A stretch of 64,000 nt of DNA from an uncultured Thermomicrobiales bacterium (lineage in GTDB: Bacteria; Chloroflexota; Chloroflexia; Thermomicrobiales; CADCWN01): assembly GCA_902806415.1 (NCBI GenBank), contig CADCWN010000056.1:7875-71874 (forward strand), in the 5' to 3' direction. Position 1 is the stretch's first letter. The number at the start of each line of letters is the position of its first letter. Positions 34,790 to 45,018 of the stretch are shown in pieces. The position numbers and the translations under genes are program-made. Below the pieces are notes generated by a model. That model was not told where the DNA came from and did not search any database. It saw only the letters and a program-made list of their open reading frames with translations.

Positions 34790-36520
34790 TTATCGGCCAT
34801 TCTTCGCGCGTAGCGCGGCGGTTGCCACTTCGTCCACCATAGCATTCGATAGGTCGATGACGACGCCGTAGCGGTCGCGCGCGGCCTCAGGCGAGACGAT
34901 CTCGTCCAGCACGTCGTCGAGGACGGCGGCGGGGTCTCGGGTGAACGGGTCGTGGAAGCCGCCGCCGCCGGGGAGTTGGAGGGTGAAGCGCTCGCCGGGC
35001 GCGAGGGCGACCTGCGATTTGTCGACCAGTTCGCGCGTCGGGCCGTCCGGCGCGGCGATGCGGATCGCGCCGCGCCCGCCCGCGCTGCCGCCGGAGTAGC
35101 CCCCTGCCGGGATGCGCGTGCGGTCGAAGACCGGGCCGAGATTCCAGGGCAGATCGGTCCGCGACGAGACCTCCATCTCCTGCCCGCAGCCGCCCCGGAA
35201 CCGCCCCGCACCGCCCGAGTCGCGCGTGATCTCGCGGCGATGGACGATCACCGGGGTCAACGATTCGATCGACTCCACCTGCACCCCCATCACCCCGGAG
35301 GGGAAGGCGGTGGTGTGCAGGCCATCGCTGTGAGGGCGCGCGCCGGTGCCACCGCAGGAGAACCAGACGTAGGTCCAGGGCGCTCCGCCCTCCTGTCGCC
35401 GCCCGGTCAGTTGCGTCGACCAGATATTCGCCGCCCCCTCGGCCAGCACGCGATCGGGGATGACGCGGGCCAACGCGCCGAAGATGATCCCCGGCAGGAA
35501 GTGGCCGATGACGTGCCGCCCGGCGACCGGTGCGGGCGGCTGCGCGTTCAGCAGGCTGCCGGGCGGGGCGGTGACGGTCACGGGGCGGAACGAGCCCTCG
35601 TTGTTCGGCACCTCCGGGCAGAGGGCGCATTTCAGCGCGTAGGTCACGTAGGCGTGGGTGTAGTTCAGCACGACATTGATCCCGCGCGGGCTCTCGGGAT
35701 CGGTCCCAGCCCAATCGACGTGGACGCTGTCGCCCGCCTTGGTGATCGTCACCGCCAGGCGCAGCGGCTTGTCGAAGCCGTCGCAATAGGCGGCGTTGGT
35801 GTAGACCCCATCCGGCACGGCGGCGATGGCGACGCGCATCGCCCGCTCGGAGCGGGCGATGATCTCGTCGCTCAGCCCCTCAAGGTCTTCCAGGCCGAAC
35901 TCGTCCAGGAATTCCAAAAGTCGCGCGCCGCCGACCTCGTTGCCGGCCTCTTGCGCGTGGATGTCACCGAGGACTTGCTCCGGCTCGCGCACGTTGGCGC
36001 GCAGGATGGCGACCAGCGCCGCGTTCGGCTCGCCCGCCTCGCGCCACTTCATGATTGGCACGAACAACCCTTCCTCGTAGATGGAGCGCGCGTCCGCGCC
36101 GAGCCCGCGCCCGCCGATATCGATCGCGTGGCAGGTCGAGCCGAAGAAGGCGACCAACCGTCCGTCGCGCCCGAAGATCGGCGTGATCACCGTGAAGTCG
36201 TTGAGTTGCCCCGAGGTCTTGTGCGGGTCATTGGTGATCAGTACGTCGCCCGGTCGCAGCCCCTCGCGCGGGAAGACGGCGAGGAAGTGGTGGATGCAGG
36301 TCGCCATCGAGTTGATGTGGCCGGGCGTGCCGGTGACCGCCTGGGCGATCATGTTGCCGCGCCGGTCGAAAACCCCCGCCGAGAGATCGCCCGACTCGCG
36401 CACGACGGTCGTGAACGAGGTCCGCATCAGCGCCGTCGCTTGCTCATTGACGACCGCGATCAGCCGATTCCAGAGGACTTCGAGGGTGATCGGGTCGATG
36501 GCGGGCGGGGGGATGGTCAT
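34790..36520 (-). CDS. hyuB: hydantoinase B / oxoprolinase family protein
   Basis: MTIPPPAIDPITLEVLWNRLIAVVNEQA.... Start ATG 36520 after GGAG. The track extension to 36703 runs into the dispersed repeat. Confidence 0.85.
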   Translation of the reverse strand: MTIPPPAIDPITLEVLWNRLIAVVNEQATALMRTSFTTVVRESGDLSAGVFDRRGNMIAQAVTGTPGHINSMATCIHHFLAVFPREGLRPGDVLITNDPHKTSGQLNDFTVITPIFGRDGRLVAFFGSTCHAIDIGGRGLGADARSIYEEGLFVPIMKWREAGEPNAALVAILRANVREPEQVLGDIHAQEAGNEVGGARLLEFLDEFGLEDLEGLSDEIIARSERAMRVAIAAVPDGVYTNAAYCDGFDKPLRLAVTITKAGDSVHVDWAGTDPESPRGINVVLNYTHAYVTYALKCALCPEVPNNEGSFRPVTVTAPPGSLLNAQPPAPVAGRHVIGHFLPGIIFGALARVIPDRVLAEGAANIWSTQLTGRRQEGGAPWTYVWFSCGGTGARPHSDGLHTTAFPSGVMGVQVESIESLTPVIVHRREITRDSGGAGRFRGGCGQEMEVSSRTDLPWNLGPVFDRTRIPAGGYSGGSAGGRGAIRIAAPDGPTRELVDKSQVALAPGERFTLQLPGGGGFHDPFTRDPAAVLDDVLDEIVSPEAARDRYGVVIDLSNAMVDEVATAALRAKNGR

Positions 36521-36641
36521 GGGGCTGCTCCTTTGTGGTGTGGTTGCGACGGGTGGTTGGCGGTGACGAGTACGCAGGCGGTTGATGGCGATTGACTCGT
36601 TAATCGCCCTCTCGGCCTCGGGCGGGCGTGGGCTGCCGGTG

Positions 36642-36720
36642 GACTGAAGTCCCGGCTGAAGGCTGCGCCACGAAGTCCCCCGCCGGGGACTGGGATGGGG
36701 CAATCAAGTTGTCAATCACC
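36642..36720. repeat. second copy of the dispersed ~80-nt element
   Basis: gactgaagtcccggctgaaggctgcgccacgaagtcccccgccggggactgggatggggcaatcaagttgtcaatcacc nearly matches the reverse complement of 10113-10194. Confidence 0.8.
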
Positions 36721-36853
36721 ATAAACCGCGCCTGGGGGTGCTCACGCACCACGAAACCCGCCGTCACGAGTTAGGATCGCGCATAGGCCGATCACGTTCG
36801 CCATCGCCATAAACCGCCTGCCACACACAATGCCCGCCCTACCGCCTACCGCC

Positions 36854-37036
36854 TCACAATCGACGCGAGTGCTTCGTCAGCCACAGGAACGTGCCGATCC
36901 CGGCGGCGATGCCGACGACCAGCATGATGGTGTCCAGCACGGCGGGGAATTGCACCCCGGTGAAATACTTCACCAGGTAGTAGACCCAGACCACTCCCAG
37001 CACGCAGAGCGCCTGGATACCGATTCGCTCAATCAT
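36854..37036 (-). CDS. small two-TM membrane protein between hyuA and hyuB
   Basis: 60 aa: MIERIGIQALCVLGVVWVYYLVKYF...IMLVVGIAAGIGTFLWL. Starts 21 nt after the hyuA stop. Confidence 0.5.
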   Translation of the reverse strand: MIERIGIQALCVLGVVWVYYLVKYFTGVQFPAVLDTIMLVVGIAAGIGTFLWLTKHSRRL

Positions 37037-37041
37037 CTACT

Positions 37042-37069
37042 CGTCACTTGTCACTTGTCACTTGTCACT
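37042..37069. repeat. heptamer tandem repeat (GTCACTT)n spanning the hyuA stop
   Basis: gtcacttgtcacttgtcacttgtcactc. Confidence 0.8.
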
Positions 37070-39175
37070 CGCCCCCGGCATCGCCACGATCAGATTCCGA
37101 TACTCATCGATGCGGATCGTACCTCCGCCGATGATCGCGGTCGATTCGCGCTCCTCGACGATCGCCGGACCGGCGAAGGTCGCGCCGGGCGCGAGCGCGT
37201 AGCGATCGTAGATCGGCACGGTCACAAACTCGCCGCGCTCCGGGAGGTAGATCGGGCGTTCGCCCTTAATCGCCAGGGTCGCGTCCGTCACGCCCCCGGC
37301 GGGCGCGCGCAGATCGAGCGACGGGCGCGGGCCACTGACGACGACCCGCCAGCTGACCGCCTCCAGCGGCACCCCCTCGGCCACACGCCCGTAGAGGCGG
37401 CGGTAGACCCCGGCGAACGCCTCTTCCAGCGACGGGAGTGAGTCAGCGGACAGGGGGCCATCAGGCAACGGCACCGCCACCTCATGCCCCTGGCCGCGAT
37501 AACGCAGCTCGGCGCTGCGGCGCACGGTGATCGCGGCGGCGGGGATACCAGCTCTCGCCAGGGTCGCCAGCCCTTCCGCCGCCATCTCCATCAGCAGGCC
37601 GTCCGCGCGGTCCCAGTCGAGGTCGGCCAGCGGCGCGGGATAGGAGCGCACGAAGTCGAAGGCGAGCGGCGCGACGAGGAAACCGAGCGCGGAGGTGACC
37701 CCCGCCCCGAGCGGCACGATCAGTTCGGGGGCGCGCAAGATCTCCGCGACGCGGTAGGCGTGGACCGGGCCGGCGCCGCCGAACGCGAAGAGCGCTCGCC
37801 CGCGCGAGTCCGTGCCGCGCTCGACCGCGTGAATTCTCGCCGCCCCGGCCATATTCTCGTTGACAACCTGATGGATCCCCCAGGCGGCGGCGATCGGGTC
37901 GAGCCCGAGTTGCGCGGCCAGCGGCGCGATCGCCGCCGCCGCCGCCGCCCCATCGAGCGCCATCCGCCCGCCGAGGAAGAAGTGGGGGTCGAGGTAGCCA
38001 AGGAGGAGATCAGCGTCGGTGACGGTCGGCAGGGTGCCGCCGCGACCGTAGCAGGCGGGGCCGGGCTCCGCGCCCGCGCTGTCCGGGCCGACCTTCAGCA
38101 GGCCGAGGCTGTCCACGCGGGCGATCGAGCCGCCGCCCGCGCCGATCTCGATCATTTCGATCACCGGCACCCGCACCGGCAGGCCGCTGCCGCGCTTGAA
38201 CCGATAGACACGCGCGACCTCGAAGTCGGCGGCGACGATCGGCTCGCCGCCGTCGATCAGGCACGCCTTGGCGGTCGTGCCGCCCATGTCGAACGACAGC
38301 AGATTCGGGCGACCGATCAGCGCGCCATAGTGCGCGGCGGCCAGCGCCCCCGCCGCCGGGCCGGACTCGATCAGCCGGATCGGGAACCGTCGCGCCGTCT
38401 CGACCGTCGCCGTCCCGCCGCTGGAGAGCATCACCAGCAGCGGGGACGCGCCCATCCCGCCCGCGCGCAGGCGCTCCTCCAATTCGCGCAGATACCGCTC
38501 GACGAGCGGGCGCACATAGACGTTCGCCAGGGTCGTGGAGGTGCGCTCGTACTCGTGCATCTCCGCGACGACCTCGGAGGAGAGGGAGATGACGAGTTCG
38601 GGCGCGGCCTCGGCAACGGCCGCGCCGAGCGCCCGCTCATGTTCCGGGTTGCGATAGGCGTGCAGGAGGGAGATCGCCACCGCCTCCGCCCCGACCGCGC
38701 GCAGTCGCGCGACGAGCGCCGGGATCCCGGCCAGATCGAGCGGCGTCAGGATCGAGCCGTCGGCCAGGATCCGCTCGTCCACTTCGAGGCGGCGGCGGCG
38801 CGGCGCGAGCGGCGACGGCATCTCCAGGGAAAGATCGTAGAGGTCGTAGCGCCCCTCGCGGCGGATCTCGACCGCGTCGCGGAAGCCCTTGGTCGTCAGC
38901 AGGGCGGTCGTCGCCCCCTTGCGCTCGATCAGCGCGTTGGTGACGAGGGTGGTGCCGTGGATGATCCCGCCGATCGCATCCGGCCCTTCGCCCGCATTGC
39001 TCAGCGTCTCCGCCAGGCCGATCTCGACGCCTGCTGCGGGCACCTCGGGCGTTGTCAGCACCTTGCCGATACTCAGTGCGCCGGTGCGCTCATCGAACGC
39101 GATCAGATCGGTGAATGTGCCGCCGATGTCGATCCCCACGCGCAACGGTCGCGCGTCTCGCTCACGCTCCCCCAA
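37058..39175 (-). CDS. hyuA: hydantoinase A / oxoprolinase family protein
   Basis: 705 aa with VGIDIGGTFTDL N-terminal motif. Confidence 0.9.
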   Translation of the reverse strand: MGERERDARPLRVGIDIGGTFTDLIAFDERTGALSIGKVLTTPEVPAAGVEIGLAETLSNAGEGPDAIGGIIHGTTLVTNALIERKGATTALLTTKGFRDAVEIRREGRYDLYDLSLEMPSPLAPRRRRLEVDERILADGSILTPLDLAGIPALVARLRAVGAEAVAISLLHAYRNPEHERALGAAVAEAAPELVISLSSEVVAEMHEYERTSTTLANVYVRPLVERYLRELEERLRAGGMGASPLLVMLSSGGTATVETARRFPIRLIESGPAAGALAAAHYGALIGRPNLLSFDMGGTTAKACLIDGGEPIVAADFEVARVYRFKRGSGLPVRVPVIEMIEIGAGGGSIARVDSLGLLKVGPDSAGAEPGPACYGRGGTLPTVTDADLLLGYLDPHFFLGGRMALDGAAAAAAIAPLAAQLGLDPIAAAWGIHQVVNENMAGAARIHAVERGTDSRGRALFAFGGAGPVHAYRVAEILRAPELIVPLGAGVTSALGFLVAPLAFDFVRSYPAPLADLDWDRADGLLMEMAAEGLATLARAGIPAAAITVRRSAELRYRGQGHEVAVPLPDGPLSADSLPSLEEAFAGVYRRLYGRVAEGVPLEAVSWRVVVSGPRPSLDLRAPAGGVTDATLAIKGERPIYLPERGEFVTVPIYDRYALAPGATFAGPAIVEERESTAIIGGGTIRIDEYRNLIVAMPGASDK

Positions 39176-39252
39176 ACCACACTCCCCGCCTCAGCATCTC
39201 GCCATGTCGCCGTAACGGCATTCTAGCCGATGTCGACGCAGGGCGTGTGGAA

Positions 39253-39306
39253 TGACCCCTCCCCGCCGCCCCGGCGGCGACCCTCCCCTGAAAGGGAGGG
39301 TAAGGG
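39253..39306. repeat. hairpin-rich dispersed repeat
   Basis: gacccctccccgccgccccggcggcgaccctcccctgaaagggagggtaagggg. Its homolog is at 59075-59126. Confidence 0.7.
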
Positions 39307-39494
39307 GATGGCCTCCGAGCGTGCAAGTTCTCCCCCCTCTCCTAGAATTGGGAGAGGGGGTGCCGCCCACAGGCGGCGGGGGTGAGGGCCGCTGCGCATT
39401 GACTCCACAAAAGTCTTCGGGCCGGATGCATCCCGACCTGACAACGTGTATAATTCAGTCGGGTATAGTGCCGCCCAAGAACGTCGGGGAACCA

Positions 39495-39722
39495 ATGCCG
39501 ACAACCACCACCGTGCAGGGCAGAATCATCGCGATCCAGGAGATGCGTTTCCGCATTCTCACCGGCGATGGTCGTGGATTCCTCTTCACCCTGTCCCACA
39601 ACGCCAATGCCGACGCCGACGATCTCCGCCGCTGGCATCGGCACGATAGCCTCGTGCAGATCACCTACAGCGGCGAACCCGGCCTGACGTCCGGCGTGGC
39701 GCGCACGGTCGAGTCGATGTAA
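39495..39722 (+). CDS. small hypothetical protein upstream of fdh operon
   Basis: 75 aa: MPTTTTVQGRIIAIQEMRFRILTGDGRGFLFTLSHNANADADDLRRWHRHDSLVQITYSG.... GC3-biased. The track start at 39252 lies in repeat DNA. Confidence 0.55.
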   Translation: MPTTTTVQGRIIAIQEMRFRILTGDGRGFLFTLSHNANADADDLRRWHRHDSLVQITYSGEPGLTSGVARTVESM

Positions 39723-39780
39723 GCGACGGCCACCAACCCTTTGCAAGAGCAGATACAAGAGCAGATAAGCGAGGACGCGC

Positions 39781-42700
39781 ATGGCGAATGAGCGACAAGG
39801 GGTGTGGGGGCGGGTGCGCGCGGGGCTGCGCGATTGGTCGGTCCCCCGGCAATTGCGCGGCGAGGACGCCCTCGGCGCGGCGGCGGAGTCGGCCGATTCG
39901 CGCCGGACGCGTCCGCGCCTGGAAGAGGCCGATCGGGTCGGCGCGAGTATCTGCCCCTACTGCGCCGTCGGCTGCGGCCAACTGATCTACGCGCGCGGCG
40001 ACGAGATCATCCACGTCGAGGGCGACCCGCGCAGCCCGATCAACCGGGGGACCCTCTGTCCGAAAGGGGCGGCGACCTTCGGCTGGCTCTCGAACCCGAA
40101 CCGCCTGACGACCGTGAAATACCGCGCGCCGGGTGCTGACCGCTGGGAGGAGCGGCCGCTCGACTGGGCGATGGAGCGGATCGCGCAACTGGTCAAGCGG
40201 ACGCGCGACGAGACGTTCGTCCGCCAACTGCCCGACGGCACGACCGTCAATCATACCCTGGCGATCGCCGAGCTGGGCGGCGCGACCCTCGACAACGAGG
40301 AGAATTACCTGCTCAAGAAGCTCTTGAGTGGCGGGCTGGGGATGGTCTTCATCGAGAATCAGGCCCGGATATGACACTCCTCCTCGGTGCCCGGTCTGGG
40401 TGCCACCTACGGGCGCGGGGCCGCAACGACGCCACAATGGGACCTCGCCAGGAGCGACTGCGTCGTGGTGATGGGCTCGAATATGGCCGAGAATCACCCG
40501 ATCGCCTTCCGCTTCGTCCTGGAAGCGAAGGAACGCAACGGCGCGACGATCATCCACGTCGATCCGCGCTTCACCCGCACCTCGGCGCTGGCCGATCTCT
40601 ACGCGCCGGTGCGCGCAGGCTCCGACATCGCGTTTCTCGGGGGCTTGATCAACTACATCCTCGAAAAGGATCTGTGGTTCAAGGAGTACGCGCTCGCCTA
40701 CACCAACATCGCGACAATTATTGAGGACGCCTTCCAGGGGGCCGAGGCGCTCGACGGCTTCTTCTCCGGCTGGGACGAGGACAAGCACATCTACGACGAG
40801 ACCTCCTGGCAGTATCGCGGGCAGATCGTCCCCTCCCCGATGGCGGAGCACTACTCGCGGCAGGGCCACCCCGAGCCCGATAAGGCGGAGGAATCGCTGA
40901 CCTCCGGCCCGCCCCCAACCGACCCGACGCTGCAACACCCGAACTGCGTCTACCAGATCATGCGGCGACATTACGCGCGCTACACGCCGGAGATGGTCGA
41001 GCGGGTCACCGGTTGCCCCCAGGCGACGTTCCTCCAGGTCGCCGAGGCGATCACCAGGAACTCCGGGCGCGAGCGGACCGGGGCGTGGTGCTACGCGGTC
41101 GGCTGGACCCACCACACGACCGGCGTGCAGATGATCCGCGCCTGCGCGATCATCCAGGCGCTGCTCGGCAATATCGGTCGGCCCGGCGGCGGCGTCCTCG
41201 CGCTGCGCGGCCACGCCTCGATCCAGGGCAGCACCGACATCCCCACCCTCTACCACCTGCTCCCCGGCTATCTGCCCCAGCCGAGCAGCACCCACCCGCA
41301 CGGCACCCTCGCGGACTATATGCGGGTCGAGTCCGCGCCGACCGGCCTCTGGCACAACTTCCCCAAATATATCGTCAGCCTCCTGCGCGCCTGGTACGGC
41401 GACGCGGCGGCGGAGGCAAATGAATGGGGCTACGGGTGGGTGCCGAAAATCACCGGCGATCATTCGCAGTTGCCGATGATGCTCGCCATCCGCGACGGCA
41501 CGATCAAGGGGCTGCTGCTGATGGGGCAGAACCCGGTTATCGGCGGGCACAACACCACCATGATCCGCGAGGCGCTGCCGAACCTCGAATGGCTGGTGAT
41601 CCGCGAGACGTTCGAGAACGAGACCGCCTCCTACTGGTACAAATCGCCGGAGGCGCTGCGCGGCGAGATTCGGCCCGAGGATAATCAGACCGAGATGTTC
41701 ATGCTCCCCGCCGCCTTGCCGGGCGAGAAGGAGGGGACATTCACCAACACCCACCGGCTGATCCAGTGGCACGATCAGGTGGTGGAACCGCGCGCCGATA
41801 TCCGCTCCGATCTCTGGTTCACCTATCATCTCGGCAAGCGCCTGAAGGAGTTGTACGCCGACAGCACCGACCCCAAAGACCTGCCGATCCAGAACCTCAC
41901 CTGGGAGTACCCGGAGCATGGCCGGATCGCCGAGCCCTCCGCTGAGGCGGTGCTGAGGGAGATCAACGGCTATAGCTGGCTGGGGCGCGAGCAGATCGCC
42001 TCCTTCGCCGACCTCAAGGATGACGGCTCCACCGCCTGCGGCTGCTGGATCTACAGCGGCGTCTTCCCGCGCGCCGACCTCAATCACGCGCGCTCGCGCC
42101 GGGGCGACGGGCCGGATGGTCCCGGCACGCACTTGAACTGGGCGTTCGCCTGGCCCGCGAACCGGCGACTGATCTACAACCGCGCCGCCGCCGATCCCGA
42201 GGGCAAACCGTGGAGCGAGCGCAAGCGCTATACGTGGTGGAATGCCGAGAAGGGCGAGTGGGATTGCCTCGACGCGCTCGACTTCGAGCCGCAGAAGGCC
42301 CCGGATTACGTGCCGGACTGGTCAACTCGCCCGCACGGCATGGACGCGCTCGACGGCAAGTCGCCATTCACCTTCATGGCCGACGGCAAAGGCCAACTCT
42401 TCTCGCCGAGCGGCTTGAAGGATGGTCCCCTCCCGACTCATTACGAGCCGGTCGAGTCGCCGGTGCGGAACCCGCTCTACGGCCAGCAGGACAACCCCGC
42501 CACCAAGAAGTGGGAGAGCGCGGACAATCGCTATCACACGGTCGGCGACCCGCGCTTCCCCTACGTCCTGACGACCTACCGCCTGACGGAGCACCATTCC
42601 GGCGGGATCCCGACACGCCTCGTCCCATCCACCGCCGAGTTGCAGCCGGAGGGGTTCGTGGAGATCCCGCCCGAACTGGCGCGCGAGAAGGGGATCGCCA

Positions 42701-43008
42701 ACCTCGACTGGGCGACTATCTCCACCGCGCGCGGCGCGATCGAGATGAAGGTGCTGGTCACCGAACGGCTGCGCCCGTTCGCGATCGACGGCCAGCAGGT
42801 CTACCAGATCGGGATGCCCTGGCATTTCGGCTGGGAGGGCTATGCCACCGGCGACATCGCCAACGCCCTCACGGCGGTTGTCGCCGACCCGAACTCCTCG
42901 ATCCACGAGGGGAAAGCGTTCACCTGCGATCTGCGGAAAGGTCGGCTGCGTCGCGGCGACAGCGAAGCGTCCGGCGACCGGGACGCCGTCGCGTCGCCGG
43001 AGGGATGA
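39781..43008 (+). CDS. fdhA: formate dehydrogenase alpha subunit (Mo/W-bisPGD), selenocysteine at TGA 40372-40374
   Basis: Two track ORFs in one frame are joined by TGA, giving ...ENQARI-U-HSSSVPGLGATYGRGAATT, the canonical FDH Sec site. An N-terminal CPYCAVGCG FeS motif is present. Confidence 0.9.
40386..40404 (+). promoter_or_regulatory. candidate SECIS hairpin (fdhA)
   Basis: GGUGCCC-GGUCU-GGGUGCC, 11 nt after the UGA. The GGUCU loop is like the E. coli fdhF SECIS apex (recalled). Confidence 0.55.
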
Positions 43009-43931
43009 GCGAGATGGTCGAACGGTATCCCACCGCGATACCGCCCCGCGCGCTCGACTATACCGGTGCGATCATGCCCCAGCTCATGCCGGATGAGGCG
43101 GAGTTGACGGCCGGCTTGCGGATCGTGCCGGGCCGCACCTATGGCTTCTTCACCGACACCAGCCTCTGCATCGGCTGCAAAGCCTGCGAGGTCGCCTGCA
43201 AGGAGTGGAACGCCTTGCCGGCCGCCAACCTCGGGTTGACCGGCGAGAGTTATGACAACACCGCCGCCCTCTCGGCGACGACCTGGCGGCACGTCGCCTT
43301 CGTCGAGCAGATCAGCGCCGGAGGCGCGCGCGTCACGGCGATGCAGCCGTACCAGAGCAACTGGCTGATGATGAGCGATGTCTGCAAACATTGCGAGCGC
43401 GCCGGGTGCCTCGAAGCCTGCCCGACGGGCTCGCTCTTCCGCACCGAATTCGGCACGGTCGTCGTGCAACAGGATATTTGCAACGGCTGCGGCTACTGCG
43501 TCCCCGCCTGCCCCTTCGGCGTGATCACGACCAGCGAGGTCGATGGCAAGGCGCACAAATGCACCCTCTGCTACGACCGGATGAAGGGCGGGCTGGAGCC
43601 AGCCTGCGCCAAAGCCTGCCCGACCGACTCGATCCAATTCGGCGAGCTCGGCGAGTTGCAAGGGCGCGCCGAGCGGCGGCTGGCGACGCTGCACGAGCGC
43701 GGCGTGGCGAACGCCTCCCTCTACGGGGCGCCCGGCACGCCGGGGACGACCGGCGGGATCGGCCCGCTGCACGCCTTCTTCCTGCTGCTCGACCGCCCGG
43801 AGCGCTACGGCCTGCCGGTCGCCCCGACCCTCCCCTCGCGGCGGGTCCGCCCGGCAATCCTGGCGGGGCTGGCGACGATGGCGGGCATCGCCCTCGCCGC
43901 CGCCGCGACATTCATGGGCGAGAAAAAGTGA
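43005..43931 (+). CDS. formate dehydrogenase iron-sulfur subunit (4x[4Fe-4S], C-terminal TM)
   Basis: ATG overlaps the fdhA stop (ATGA). Motifs CIGCKACEVAC, CKHCERAGC, CNGCGYCVPAC, CTLC. C-terminal hydrophobic helix. Confidence 0.85.
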   Translation: MSEMVERYPTAIPPRALDYTGAIMPQLMPDEAELTAGLRIVPGRTYGFFTDTSLCIGCKACEVACKEWNALPAANLGLTGESYDNTAALSATTWRHVAFVEQISAGGARVTAMQPYQSNWLMMSDVCKHCERAGCLEACPTGSLFRTEFGTVVVQQDICNGCGYCVPACPFGVITTSEVDGKAHKCTLCYDRMKGGLEPACAKACPTDSIQFGELGELQGRAERRLATLHERGVANASLYGAPGTPGTTGGIGPLHAFFLLLDRPERYGLPVAPTLPSRRVRPAILAGLATMAGIALAAAATFMGEKK

Positions 43932-43944
43932 GCGCAGGAGGACG

Positions 43945-45018
43945 ATGAGCGAGCCGACCGAGCGCTCCCCCTACGGTCGCCGGAAGCGGCGCGGCGGCGA
44001 CGACGCCACGAACGCCGACAGCCCGCGCGGCTCGCGCCTGTACCGGGGCGAGACCTATTACGGGCGGCCGGCGATCAAGCCCAGCCACTGGGGTTGGCTG
44101 ATCGCGGGGTACTATTTCGTCGGGGGGCTCGCGGGGGGCGCGCAGGTCGTCGCCGCCGTCGCCGATCTGATCGCGCCGGGGCGCGATCGGACGATCGTGC
44201 GTGCGGGGCGTTACCTCTCCCTGGCCGGGTTGCTCGCCAGCCCGCCGCTGCTGATCGCCGACCTCCAGACCCCGGCACGCTTCTACAATATGCTGCGGAT
44301 CATCCGCCCCACCTCGCCGATGTCGATCGGCTCCTGGATCCTCACGGTCTTCGGCCTGTTCACCAGCCTGACCGCGCTGGCCCAGGGGATCGAAGACCTC
44401 ACCGGCTCCGCGACGGCGCGGCGGGTCGCCCGCTGGTCGGGTCTCCCCGCCGCCGCCAGCGGGATGCTGATGGCCACCTACACCGGCGCGCTCTCGACCG
44501 CGACGAGCGTCCCCCTCTGGGCAGCGGTGCCACGCGCCCTGCCGACCCTCTTCGGGCTCGCCTCCACCGCCTCCTCCCTCGCCGCCATCGCGCTCGTCGC
44601 GGAGGCCGCCGAGGCGAACGAGGAGACCCACTGGCGGATCGAGCGCCTGTCGCTGCTCGTCGGGCTAGGGGAGCTCGCGGCGCACGCGGCTATCCTGCGA
44701 GCGTGGCATATGCGCGGGGTGGCGGGGCCGCTGGAATCGCCCGCTCTGAGCGCGCTCCACAAGTTCGGGATGGTCGGCCTGGGGGCGATCGTGCCGACGG
44801 CGATCCACGCGGCGCAGCAACTCACCGGGCGGCGCACCCGCGCGGGGACGATCGGGGCAGCGACGGCGACCCTCGCCGGGATTTTCATCGAGCGCGTCGT
44901 GATCGTCTTCGCCGGCAATGAGTCGGCCCGACGCCCGACCGACTATCTGCGCTTCACGCAACCGCGAGGGGGGGCGACGATCCAATGCGCGAGCAAGGGT
45001 AACGATGAGTCGGCATGA
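43945..45018 (+). CDS. NrfD/PsrC-type integral membrane subunit
   Basis: 357 aa with 8-10 TMs. WGWLIAGYYFVGGLAGGAQ motif. RBS AGGAGG. Confidence 0.8.
   Translation: MSEPTERSPYGRRKRRGGDDATNADSPRGSRLYRGETYYGRPAIKPSHWGWLIAGYYFVGGLAGGAQVVAAVADLIAPGRDRTIVRAGRYLSLAGLLASPPLLIADLQTPARFYNMLRIIRPTSPMSIGSWILTVFGLFTSLTALAQGIEDLTGSATARRVARWSGLPAAASGMLMATYTGALSTATSVPLWAAVPRALPTLFGLASTASSLAAIALVAEAAEANEETHWRIERLSLLVGLGELAAHAAILRAWHMRGVAGPLESPALSALHKFGMVGLGAIVPTAIHAAQQLTGRRTRAGTIGAATATLAGIFIERVVIVFAGNESARRPTDYLRFTQPRGGATIQCASKGNDESA

Noticed and set aside
36521-36703. 61-codon N-terminal extension of hyuB in the track.
   Set aside because: It consists of the dispersed repeat element. The conserved HyuB N-terminus starts at ATG 36520, which has a GGAG RBS.
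39781-39950. Tat signal peptide on FdhA (the SRRTRPRL segment).
   Set aside because: No hydrophobic h-region follows the RR, and an in-frame TAA at 39766 excludes a longer N-terminus.
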